Assembly (NCBI GenBank): GCA_951406725.2
Contig: OX597824.1
Location: 77,438,001-77,502,000 of the forward strand
Length of the DNA: 64,000 nt
Direction of reading: 5' to 3'
Source: Octopus vulgaris
Lineage: Eukaryota
Every line of letters begins with the position of its first letter. Position 1 is the first letter of the stretch. The notes under the pieces were generated by a model, which was given only the letters and a program-made list of their open reading frames with translations, did no database searches and was not told the origin of the DNA. Shown here in pieces: positions 27,437 to 39,640 of this stretch. The position numbers and the translations under genes are program-made.

Positions 27437-28890
27437 TTAATGTTTACTTCAAAATCCGGTTACCAAATTAAAAAAAAAAGTGTAATAGGTGTAAAAGAAT
27501 GTGTATTAAATGAATATGAAAACAAAAAGTTGTGCCAATGAACCTAGGAGGTGGGGAGAGAACTTTTGGAAAATGGATATCTTTTAATGAAATTTTATAT
27601 AAATACCTTTCAAACGGCATAGCTAACGATTATTCTTTTCTTTACTTTTATTCTTTTACCTGTTTCAGTCATTTGACTGCGGCCATGCTGGAGCACCGCC
27701 TTTAGTCGAGCAACTCGACCCCGAGACTTATTCTTTTGTAAGCCCAGTACTTATTCTATCGGTCTCTTTTGCCGAACCGCTAAGTAACGGGGACATAAAC
27801 ACACCAGCATCGGTTGTCAAGCAATGCTAGGGGACAAACACAGACACACAAATACACACTCGCATACATATATACACATATATACGACGGGCTTCTTTCA
27901 GTTTCCGTCTGCCAAATCCACTCACAAGGCTTTGGTCGGCCCGAGGCTATAGTAGAAGACACTTGCCCAAGGTGCCACGCAGTGGGACTGAACCCGGGAC
28001 CATGTGGTTGGTAGACAAGCTACTTACCACACAGCCACTCCTGCGCCTATATTTTATTTAATAAACAAATTTGTGGGGAAAAATTTTTCCGAGGGGTGAA
28101 GAGAACTTTCGAAGAGGAAGAAATTCATAATTTTTTTTTTTGCTTGAGTGTAATGGAAATAAATTTAAAAAAAAACAAATTAGATTCATTTATTTTTCGT
28201 TTCAGTAATAGAAAAAATTTTTAAGATCCCAAGTATCATGGTGGGAGAAACAAATTCATAAATAAAATGTTGAATATGGTTTCACTATGGAAAAAAGTTA
28301 TGGGCGATTTAGCTGTTGTTTTTAGCACATCTCTGCCGATGAGTTCCTTTTCAAAACCTTTTTCTATAACTCAAACGAAAAATAAATGAATCTAAATTTT
28401 TTTTTCCAAACATTTTTCTACTACATTCAAGCAAAAAAATAATTTGAGAATTTCTCTCTCTTCGAAAGTCCCCACAAATTTCTTTAAAATCGTAATCTAT
28501 TCCGTTTGAAAGGTATTTATATAAAATATATGCCATTTCATTAAACGATATCCATTTTCCTAAAATTTATGAGGGAAAAAATCGGATCGTGTGAATTTTC
28601 CGAAAGTTCTCTCTCCAACCCTTCGGAAAAAATTTCTCCACAAATTTATTTATAATCGTAAGCTATGCTGTTTGAAAGGTATTTATATAAGATTTCATTA
28701 AAAGATATCCATTTTCCTAAAGTTATGAGAGAAAAAATTGAATCTAGTGAATTTTTCGAAAGTCCTCTTCCCATTTCCCGGTTCGTTGGAAGAATTTTTG
28801 TTTTCATATTCGTTTTTATACACATCTTTTACACCTATTACACTAGTTTTTTTGTTTGTTTTGGCAGCCGGATGTTAAAGTAAATATTAA
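27437..28890. mobile_element. Foldback / long-TIR non-autonomous element
   Basis: 27437-28215 (excluding the SINE B) is an imperfect inverted copy of ~28370-28890; ttaa at both outer ends. Confidence 0.7.
27641..28047 (-). mobile_element. SINE family B (inside foldback element)
   Basis: Full-length match. Confidence 0.9.
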
Positions 28891-29098
28891 CCAAAATTAC
28901 TATGCGTCACCAATGTTACGAAGTACAGAAAGTCAACATTTATTTGGAGCATGTACTAAATGCTATAAAATTCAGGGCTTAATGTCACGGTGAAGAAATT
29001 CAAGCTCCAAGAAAATTCAGAAGGCATAATTCAATTTTTCATACCAAAATGATTTATTATTTTACAATTTTGAACAAAGTGTGTACAAAGTGTGTATA

Positions 29099-29272
29099 GG
29101 CGCAGGAGTGGCTGTGTGGTAAATAGTTTGCTTACCAACCACATGGTTCCGGGTTCAGTCCCACTGCGTGGCACCTTGGGTAAGTGTCTTCTAATATAGC
29201 CTCGGGCCGACAAAAGCCTTGTGAGTGGATTTGGTAGACGGAAACTGAAAAGAAGCCCGTCGTATATATGCA

Positions 29273-29327
<55 letters not shown>

Positions 29328-29491
29328 TTGTGTTTGTCCCCCCAACATCGCTTGACAACCGATGCTGGTGTGTTTACGTCCTCGTAACTTAGCGGTTCGG
29401 CAAAAGACCCCGATAGAATAAGTACTAAGCTTACAAAGGCGGTGCTCCAGGATGGCAGCTGTCAAATGACTGAAACAAGTAAAAGAGTAAA
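29099..29491 (+). mobile_element. SINE family B
   Basis: Match with a deletion near the tail. Confidence 0.9.
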
Positions 29492-29634
29492 GGAATATGT
29501 TGCTGTTGTGAACGTTAATTAATTTAAAACATTTCCGGAAGGATGTACGTAGCAAGACATAAATTCAATTTAACATCACTTACTATATATTTTAACTGTG
29601 CAAGGTTATATAGGCTGTAGAATAAATTCTGACT

Positions 29635-30026
29635 TTTTGTCAAAAGCACTCCGTCGGTTACAACGATGAGGGTTCCGGTTGATCCGAATCAACGGAACAG
29701 CCTGCTCGTGAAATTAACGTGTAAGTGGCTGAGCACTCCACAGACACGTGCACCCTTAACGTAGTTCTCGGGGATATTCAGCGTGACACAGAGAGTGACA
29801 AGGCCGGCCCTTAGAAATACATGTACAACAGAAACAGGAAGTAAGAGTGGGAGAAAGTTGTGGTGAAAGAGTACAGCAGGGATCACCACCATCCCCTGCC
29901 GGAGCCTCGTGGAGCTTTTAGGTGTTTTCGCTCAATAAACACTCACAACGCCCGGTCTGGGAATCGAAACCGCGATCCTATGACCGCGAGTCCGCTGCCC
30001 TAACCACTGGGCCATTGCGTCTCCAC
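29635..30026 (-). mobile_element. SINE family C, tail type 1
   Basis: 11-bp TSD aaattctgact at 29624 and 30027. Confidence 0.9.
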
Positions 30027-31172
30027 AAATTCTGACTAACGCAGTGTTGAATACTCACACTGATAAAGCAGCACAAAAGGACTACTATAGGAACGCTTGG
30101 AGCGTTAAAAAAGCATTACCTTCAAACTGGTTATAAGGACTGAAACAACATTTCTGTAATTATATTGAAAGAACCGCTAAGGCTTTCTACTTCGCTATGT
30201 TTCTGAATTTGTTATAATAACCAGAATATAATTTTTTCATATATATTTGCGAATGTTATGAGTGCTGTCAAATCAAACAAACCTTCATGTTGGTTATAAA
30301 AACCAGAATAATATTTCAACACATAAGTAGTAATAATAGTTAATGCTGTTTAAACTGCAGCTCTCCATGATGAAAAGGAAAATTAAAACAGTGGTACTTC
30401 AAAGTGAACGCTGTTGCACGTTCAACGTCCAGGCAGCAATTAAGCTAAACCCAAACTCTTTCAAAATTGACGCGTTTCACTGTTAGGCGGTACACTCACA
30501 TACATATACTAAGAAAGACACACACAGACATGCATTCACTCACACCTTAGGCCTATCTATGTCCCTCTGTGTATCTGTCTCTGTCTTTAGATGATTGTAC
30601 GTGTGTGTGTGTATGTAAGTCGTTGCAAAAATGTATGCATACTGACAGAAACATACAAACATATACTTGCTAATCATCAGCCTAACGTACGTAACGAGCG
30701 CGCAAACACACTCACTGACGGACGCATACTCACTGATATAGAAAATGTGACGTCGTGGTGGTGGTGGTGGTATAAAATGTCGTTTACGATAGGTGACTTA
30801 TAGAAAGATTACAATGTTAAATTTTTGTAATGCAAATATGTAAATGAAAATAAAGTTTAATTGGTAGATGAAAGATTACTGAATCGGCAAGTGAGTTTTC
30901 GAATCCACAAGGAACATACGCGCGCGCACACACACACACTCACACACACACACAAACTCTCCTTAATATATTAAGATCCCATGCTTCAAAGTAGGACCTT
31001 CAGCTTTCGAATGCATTCATTAATTTCAGTAAAAAATATTTTATTTCTTTATGCTTTTAAGAGAATAGAAACGGACAGAGAACAGAAAGTGGAAAGGTGA
31101 CATTTGCTTTGAAGTGAAAGCAGAAAGTGAAAGAGAGAAAGTGAAAGATGTATGTACATGTATATGAAATGG

Positions 31173-31206
<34 letters not shown>

Positions 31207-31710
31207 ATGTGTGTGCGTGTGTCTGTGTGTGTGAGAGAGAGAGAGAGAGACAGGGAGAGTGAGTGAGTGAGTGAGTGAAAGTGTGTGTTGTTATATATGT
31301 ATTTTTTTGCATGTACGTGTAAGTGACACTAATTCGGTCTCTCTCCCCCTCTCTCACACATTATCTTTCATATAAACGTGCATAAATACATCTTTTTTGT
31401 ATATATCTGTGCCTGTACCTGTGAGAGACAGAGAGAGTGAGTAACTGACTGTATTTCCTCATAAAATATAGAGAAATGGATGTCTTTTAAGGCAAACACT
31501 CATATCGAAAATGTGATGTCGTCGTCGTCGTGGTATAAAATGCTTATAATAGTTGACTTATAGAAAAGATTATAATGCTAAAGATTGGTAACGCAGTTAT
31601 GTAAATGAAAATAAAGTTTATTTGGTTGTCGAAAGATTACTGAATCTTTTGAACTCTATACGTCAAAATCGGCAACTCATTTTTCGAATGCATACACACA
31701 CAAACATAAA

Positions 31711-31829
<119 letters not shown>

Positions 31830-31835
31830 GTATAT

Positions 31836-31874
<39 letters not shown>

Positions 31875-32213
31875 TAAACTATGTATGGTGTGACCCTGGT
31901 GCATAGGTTAGCTCGGTTGTGCAGTTTAATTTGCAGCAAACATAGGGCTCTAAGGCGATATCACAATTTATTTTCCACCAATATATACCACATTAAAGTA
32001 TCTTGATGCCTATTAAAAAATATAAACTTTTCTATGAAATCCAGTCATTCCACTTAACATTTTATTGCCTATTGTTAACAATCCATCACACTTCAGATAA
32101 CACATCCTGATGAGAAGAATGTGACAAAATTCAAAGCCCATTCGTGTGAATAACAACAATTATAGCAAGCGCTTATTGCAACATTTGACATTTGAAAACA
32201 CACTTTTATGTAA

Positions 32214-32291
<78 letters not shown>

Positions 32292-32685
32292 GTAGTATAC
32301 TGTCAATCTAACACGAACGTGACAGTAGGGGGTACACCACCACTGTTTAGCCCTAGGAAGCATCGACGCCTCCTGATGGCTTCGACACATTTTTCCTGTG
32401 TCCTTATATACATTTACGAAGGGGAGACAAACACCTCCGGCCGCCCGGTGCTGCATCTAGGGACACGTGTTTCAGAATATATATATATATATATATAGGG
32501 AGAATTCACGAAAAAAACAAAAGACGAAGACAGGTGGTGTAGAAAACAAATAGATGTATTTGGATAACGCTAGGGAATTGAAAAAGTCTTTTACGTTTCG
32601 AGCCTACGCTCTTCTTCTGAAAGGAACATAGCCAGAAACAAGGAGAGAAAAGAATGTGTGTAGTGGCTACCGATCTATCATGGCG

Positions 32686-32744
<59 letters not shown>

Positions 32745-32808
32745 CATACATACATACACACATACATACATACATACATACATACATACATACATACATA
32801 CATACATA

Positions 32809-34444
32809 CAGTTGCGGCCAAAATGTTCAGAACGGCATTGTTTTCGTCAGAAAAGTAGGTATAAGTTTTTATCAAAGTTGTTTTATATTCTATAATTTTC
32901 ACAGACAATAAATACGATATTATTTGTTATTGTCTGAGATTTGGGTGTAATTTGAGAGGATAATACAAAAGTTATGGATGATTTAGTGATTTACTGCAAA
33001 ACCCATGGCGGCCAAAATGATCAGAACGGTTGCTTTTACTCCATGTTTTAGTATATTTAACCGTCGAACTCTAATGTTTTGAATTTGTTTACGTAACAGT
33101 TCGTTTACTAAACATTAGTAAGAATATCTGCAGTGTACTTTGTTAATATAATGCCACTTACTCCGTTACCAATTCGTCAGCAGATTATTAAGCTTCGAAA
33201 GAAGGATAATTTAAGTATTAGGTCTATTGCAAAGGTTGTTAACAAGTCAAAAAGTGTTGTTCACGGTATTCTTAAGGTCTACGATGATTGTGGTTCATGT
33301 GAAGCAAGAAGGTCTACAGGTAGGCCAAGAAAAACGACCAAGAGCGAAGATCGTGCTATGGTAAAGTTGGTTATTGTGGACAGATTTAAAACTGCTGCTG
33401 CTGTTTTTCGAGAAATGAGCATTGTACTGAAGAAAACTTTATCTCGAAAAACTGTGTCTCGTCCTTTAGTTGAACATGACCTACAAGCAAGAGCACCTGT
33501 AGTGAAGCCACTGATCAGCTCCAAGAATAAAAAGTGTCGTCTTACCTTTGCAACCGAACATGTGTTGTGGTCTCAAGAAAAATGGCAAACGGTGCATTTC
33601 AGTGATGAATCTAAGTCTATGTTATTTGGCTCAGATGGGAAAAGGTACGTTCGTCGAAAAGCAGGTGAAAAATTGTCACCTAAATGCCTTAAGACTAGTG
33701 TTAAATTCGGTGGAGGAAGTGTCATGGTTTGGGGGATGATATCTGGAGATGTAGTGGGCCCTTTGCTGCGATTACATGAAAAGGTAAATACAGGAGTTTA
33801 TAAACAACTTGTAAAAGATCATGTCTTACCTGTGCTGAGAAATTCAACTAAGCGACCACCCATATTCATGCAGGACAATGCCCCATGTCACAAGGCTAAG
33901 GTGGTCATGAACTTTCTCAAGGCTGAAAAGGTTATTGTTATGGATTGGCCTGCTCAAAGCCCAGACATCAATCCTATTGAAAATGTGTGGAATATTCTAG
34001 GAGAACGTTTGAAAGCCTGAAATCCTAAAACAACCGAGTAATTATGGAATGCCCCTCAGGAAGAATGGAATAAGATCACCCAGCAAGCAATTGAAAATTT
34101 AATTTCCCCATGCAGTCAAAAATGTCAAACTTTGATTGAAGCTAAAGGACTTCACACTAAATATGAAATAATTCCAGCATTCTCTGTCACTTTTTGATTA
34201 TTTTGTTATTTTTTCAACCGTTCTGATCATTTTGGCCACCATGGGTTTTGCAGTAAATCACTATATCATCCATAACTTTTGTATTATCCACTCAAATTAC
34301 ACCCAAATCTTAGACAATACCAAGTAATATCGTATTTATTGTCTGTGAAAATAATAGAATATAAAACAAAAACAACATTAATAAAAACTTATACTTACTT
34401 TTCTGACGAAAACAATGCCGTTCTGAACATTTTGGCCGCAACTG
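32809..34444 (+). mobile_element. Full-length Tc1 (DD34E) DNA transposon with ~220-bp IR/DR terminal repeats
   Basis: TIR cagttgcggccaaaatgttcagaacgg at 32809 and its reverse complement ending 34444, with TA on both sides. Inner DRs ggccaaaatgatcagaacgg at ~33010 and ~34215-34237. Confidence 0.95.
33151..34167 (+). pseudogene. Tc1 transposase, C-terminally disrupted
   Basis: GRPRKTT, FSDES, QDNAPCH and SPDINPIENVW motifs; 34 residues between D and E. Premature stops at 34018-34020 and ~34039, then the frame resumes to ...AKGLHTKY. Confidence 0.9.
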
Positions 34445-35099
34445 TATATGTTGCACACAAAAACACACACATATATAATTAGATTTGCATCCCGAATCAT
34501 ATACGAGTGTATATGTATGTGAGCGTATATGTTTGAGAGTGACTTAATTGCTATGTTACTTTTGTGTCTCCCCTCAGTTCTCTTAGCGCCCTTCGATAAG
34601 GAATTTTTGTTTTTATCCGAAATATCCCACTAGATATATAAGTTCTAAAGTAGCATTTCAATATCTTTGCCATTTTCCTTTTTGCTAATGTAAAATTGGT
34701 CTACCTTGATATACTTCTCTTTAACGAACTCATTTCTTCATATTTTGCAATGCTTGAAGTTAGCTGCAATTTTTTTTCATTTTTTATATACGTTTATTCA
34801 TATTTGCACATATTTACAGTATGGACAGAAATCACCATTGACAGGCCACTGGTATTGAATAAAGCGTTAAAACACTTATGATGTGCAAATTACTAGATTT
34901 TAGTTCTCTGCAGTTCCTGAATTTGTAGAGAATATAAACAACTTACTGGTTAGTATGATGTAAATTCCTTTGATGAAGATCTCAAAAGGTTCGAATGTCG
35001 ATTAAGGTTGGTCATCATTTTTTATTCAATTGACAGAAAGATATCTAAATTTGCCAAGTTTATACATCTTGTATTGTTTCCATAGGTTCCATATATATA

Positions 35100-35177
<78 letters not shown>

Positions 35178-35338
35178 AACGAGCAAAACGCCCCCGTCCA
35201 ATGGACGTTGCTGAGCTGTCAAACATTTAAACCAAATTTTCTCAAAACAACTTGTCCGACCGTCCCATAGTCCTCCCCTTTTGAGAAACACTGATTTAAC
35301 CTAAATTTGAGACACCAACAAAAGAAGAAATAAAGATA

Positions 35339-35513
35339 GGCGCAGGAGTGGCTGTGTGGTAAGTAGCTTGCTAACCAACCACATGGTTGCGGGTTCAGTC
35401 CCACTGCGTGGCATCTTGGGCAAGTGTCTTCTGCTATAACCCCGGGCCGACCAATGTCTTGTGAGTGGATTTGGTAGACGGAAACTGAAAGAAGCCTGTC
35501 GTATATATGTGTA

Positions 35514-35572
<59 letters not shown>

Positions 35573-35776
35573 TTGTGTGTCTGTCCCCCAACATCGCTTG
35601 ACAACTGATGCTGGTGTGTTTACGTCCTCGTCACCTAGCGGTTCGGGAAAAGAGACCGATAGAATAAGTACTGGGCTTACAAAGAATAAGTCCCGGGGTC
35701 GATTAGCTCGACTAAAGGCGGTGCTCCAGCATGGCCGCAGTCAAATGACTGAAACAAGTAAAAGAATAAAAGTAAA
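35339..35776 (+). mobile_element. SINE family B (tRNA head, CORE-like segment, internal (TA)n(TG)n), representative copy
   Basis: A box tggctgtgtgg, B box ggttcagtcc, cttgggcaagt segment, tail ggcggtgctccagcatggccgcagtcaaatgactgaaacaag(taaaaga)n. Confidence 0.9.
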
Positions 35777-36420
35777 GAATAGAATAGACTTTTTTCTATT
35801 CCAAAGAAAAACGATTTTATTCACACAAATATGCAACCGAAGAGTTTAAAGTACCAGTAATGATAAGGCTGTTGACTGGGAAAATACAAACATGGTTTAA
35901 ACAGTAAGCTTGGCAGGAAAGAAACGTGCCTTTAAGCAGTACAAAAACAACAAAAAATGGAAGGTGCAGTTATGACGGAAGAAAAGCAGGACAAAAACGA
36001 CTTTACCGATCGCATTCTCACCTGGAATCGATTTTCGTAATTTTTTCAAGATTTATACACTCTCTGATACCGTCGGTATCTACATATCAGATTTGAGCGC
36101 AATCGGAAGGAGGACGCCCGAGATCCGAGAAGACACACACACAGACAGAACGGATTTTATATATATCATATACATATATATAACTAATGTAGGATAAAAT
36201 CTTTTTCGGGAAAAATTTTTTATCAATGGCCAGCATATCAAAAAATACCTTTGAAGGTTAAATTTATAAATAATTTACAAAAATAAGGGCAAAAGAAAAA
36301 TTCTATTGCCAAATATGTCGAAAACAGACAAAAATTGTCAATAACCATTATAATTTATGCGTCTCGGAACAAACCGATAGAAATTTCTAAAAAATTTTTA
36401 GAAATTTCTATCGGTTTGTT

Positions 36421-37003
36421 TCACAGCTATGGTCACCCACCATTGTAAAATTAACAGCGGAACTTGAAGCAATCCAGAGAAGATTCACAAAGAAGATATT
36501 CCCTTTGGAACAGCTCAGCTACTGGGAAAGGTTGAAACAGCTAAGACTCTACTCCCTAGAGAGAAGACGAGAGAGGTATGCAGTAATATATGTCTGGAAG
36601 ATCCTGGAAGGAATTGTGCCAAATTTTGGCATTGTAAGCTACACCAATGCTAGAACGGGACGACACTGCATAGTGCCAAAGATCCCAGCAATGCCATCAC
36701 GCTTCAGGACCAGCTTCTGCAACAGCCTGGGTTTCAAGGGCACACATCTTTTTAATATTCTCCCAAAGAGTCTGAGGAACTAGCACAAAGTAGATGTAGC
36801 AGTTTTTAAATCAAAGCTGGACATCTTCCTGTCGAGAGTCCCAGATGAACCTACCTCACGTCAAGAGGTGCAAATGAGAGTAGCTATGTCAAACTCCATT
36901 CTTCACCAAGTGCCACATATTAGAGGAGGTTCTTCGTAATAACAGTGTAGCACAAAACGGCGGTGCATCAGCATGGCCGCAGCTCTAAGCTGAAACAAGT
37001 AAA
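36421..37003 (+). mobile_element. CR1-group LINE 3' fragment
   Basis: ELEAIQRRFTKKI..LSYWERLKQLRLYSLERRRERY...LFNILPKSLRN...FKSKLDIFL. 3' tail ggcggtgcatcagcatggccgcagctctaagctgaaacaag. Confidence 0.85.
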
Positions 37004-37168
37004 TATATATATATATATATATATATAATTATAATTAAAGGTATCCAAAAGATACCACCAAGCCAGATAGAGCAGCGAAAACTTGACTCTAAAACCACAT
37101 TAAATATTCATACAGCATCAGGAGAGAAGACAAAGAAACAAAATCAACTAGCAAAAAATTATTGGATA

Positions 37169-37228
37169 ATTCCAGATCCTGGATTTCTGGCTTTGCAGAA
37201 AAAAATGCTGTGCCTTCATCAGTGGAAT
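37169..37228 (-). ncRNA. Type I hammerhead ribozyme motif
   Basis: Minus strand: attcca CTGATGA aggc...gcca GAAA tccagga TC tggaat. Perfect 6-bp stem I; AUC site. Confidence 0.75.
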
Positions 37229-37749
37229 ACACGGAAAATAGTACACACACACACACACACGTACACACACACATACACAGACACACACACACACATACAT
37301 ACATACATATATATATATATACACAACATACGAATACTTACATATACGCACGTATACGCACATATATATGCACGCATGCACACGACCAGTCAAGTTTTGG
37401 CTGCTATATCTAGCATGGTGGTATCTTTTAGATACCTTTAATTATAATTTTAATAATAATTATTACCTATGAGGGTTTTTTTCCCATGCTAGGTCTGTAT
37501 TTTAAATAACGATCTTATCCTTATTATATACATTTATATATATATATATGAGAGTATTGTAGTTCGCTTGAAGCATTGTATATTGCTTGTAAAGAATAAC
37601 AAGTTTTGAATGCTACAACAATTCACTATAATACAGACAATGGGCTATATACCTGTTACAATTTAGTTATCCATAGTCTGATATGATTTCGGAATAATAC
37701 TCCTTCTTCAGATATTCTTAGATGGAGTCGCTGCTGTAATCAAAGAATA

Positions 37750-38069
37750 TCTTCTACTATAGCCTCGGGCAGACCAAAGCCTTGTGAGTGGATTTGGTAT
37801 ACGGAAACTGAAAGAATCCCGTCGTATATATATATATATATATTTATACATATGGGTGTGTGTATATGTTTGTGTGACGTGTTTGTCACCCCAACATCGC
37901 TTGACAACCGATGCTGGTGTGTTTACGTCCCCGTAACTTAGCGGTTCGGCAAAAGAGAACGATAGAATAAGCACTTGACTTACAAAGAATAAGTCCTCGG
38001 GTCGATTTGTTCGACTAAAAAAAGGCAGTGCTCCAGCATGGCCACAGTCAAATGACTGAAAGCAGTAAA
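37750..38069 (+). mobile_element. SINE family B, 5'-truncated
   Basis: Starts at tcttctactatagcctcgggc. Confidence 0.85.
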
Positions 38070-38089
38070 ACAGTATATATATCGTTGTC

Positions 38090-38350
38090 ATTCATAAATA
38101 CAGGTTTGATGCCATACATAAAATGCCACTGCTGCGTACCCGTGCCAGTGGGACGTAAAAAGCACCGACCACCCTCTGTAAAGTGGCTGGCATTAGGAAG
38201 GGCATCCAGCTGAAGAATCCAAGCCACTAACAGGCAATTGGAGTCTAAACAGCTCCCCGGCTAGCCAGCTCCTCTCAAACCTTCCAACCAATGCCAGCAT
38301 GGAAAACGAACGTTAAAAAAACTGATGTTTATAATGAAAATGGTGATGAC

Positions 38351-38399
<49 letters not shown>

Positions 38400-38410
38400 G
38401 TGATGATGAT
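38090..38410 (+). mobile_element. RTE-related SINE / non-autonomous fragment with (GAT)n tail
   Basis: ggcattaggaagggcatccagc motif (RTE 5'-UTR-like) and tail gccagcatggaaaacgaacgttaaa followed by (gat)n. Confidence 0.5.
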
Positions 38411-38520
38411 ATACATATTCAAATATCAATTAAAAGCAGCGCTAGTGTAACAAACATTATCAACTACATATACTTAATTTATATGCTACTTTAAGTATAT
38501 GTGACTGATAATATATATGT

Positions 38521-38614
<94 letters not shown>

Positions 38615-39190
38615 CAGACAAAGCTGAAAAACCGTCAAAATGTATATGGGTAATAATTTCGAATATCTTGATCGTCCGCATCCGAAACAGTCTGAGTCAC
38701 AATTCGCCTACTGTGGACGCATACAAAGAGAACTGTACGGGAAAAGGAAGAAAAACTCACATATGTGTTAAAGAATTTCTATTCATTTAATCTTCGAAAA
38801 CTTCTACATTTTTTTTTTGTCTGTTATTTGTTTTTGATGGTTGCAGCCTTTAGACTGCGGTTTTGTTCGAGAGACAACAACCTTCAAGTATATGTATATA
38901 TTTTATAATCCATTTATATAAATCGACTCCAGTTGATTATCAAATAGGAAGTAATCTGTTCGAAAAGTTAACCATCTTTTTCGTTCACTGCATAAAAATT
39001 CAAACTAGTGACTGAATCATTTGTATTAATTTTTGACACCGAACATCAGTAGTTAATATCGGAACCTAGTTTTCTATTAAATTAGTTTGCATGCTTATTA
39101 ACGTACCTCACATTCGGGTGGTCAATATCACGATGTACCCGCTTTTTCCTGTTTGACGCAGTGATTTACAGTAACTAAACACAAACACGA

Positions 39191-39270
<80 letters not shown>

Positions 39271-39640
39271 TGTATGTGTGTGTGTGTGTGTGTGTAATTG
39301 TGGACCCTGGTCTGTAGTGGATAGAGATTAATGAGTGATATGAATCTGCAGCGGATTAATACGACAGAATTTAAAGGCGCCATGTTTGATTAACAAAATT
39401 GATTTTCTTTTGACTCTGATGAACTGATAACTACCTGCAGTCAGTCACTGGTCAGTGGAAAACTGACCAGTGATTGCAGGTGGCAGGCATATAAAAATAA
39501 AATATTCGGAGTTGCGCAGAAGTCTGGCTTGTGATGGAGCGAGATGACTGTGGCATGTTGTTTGTGGTGGATAAAGACCAATGCCGAATACGGGTCCATG
39601 AGAGACTAAGGTGACAGACATTGTGCCATTTTGTTTAAAA

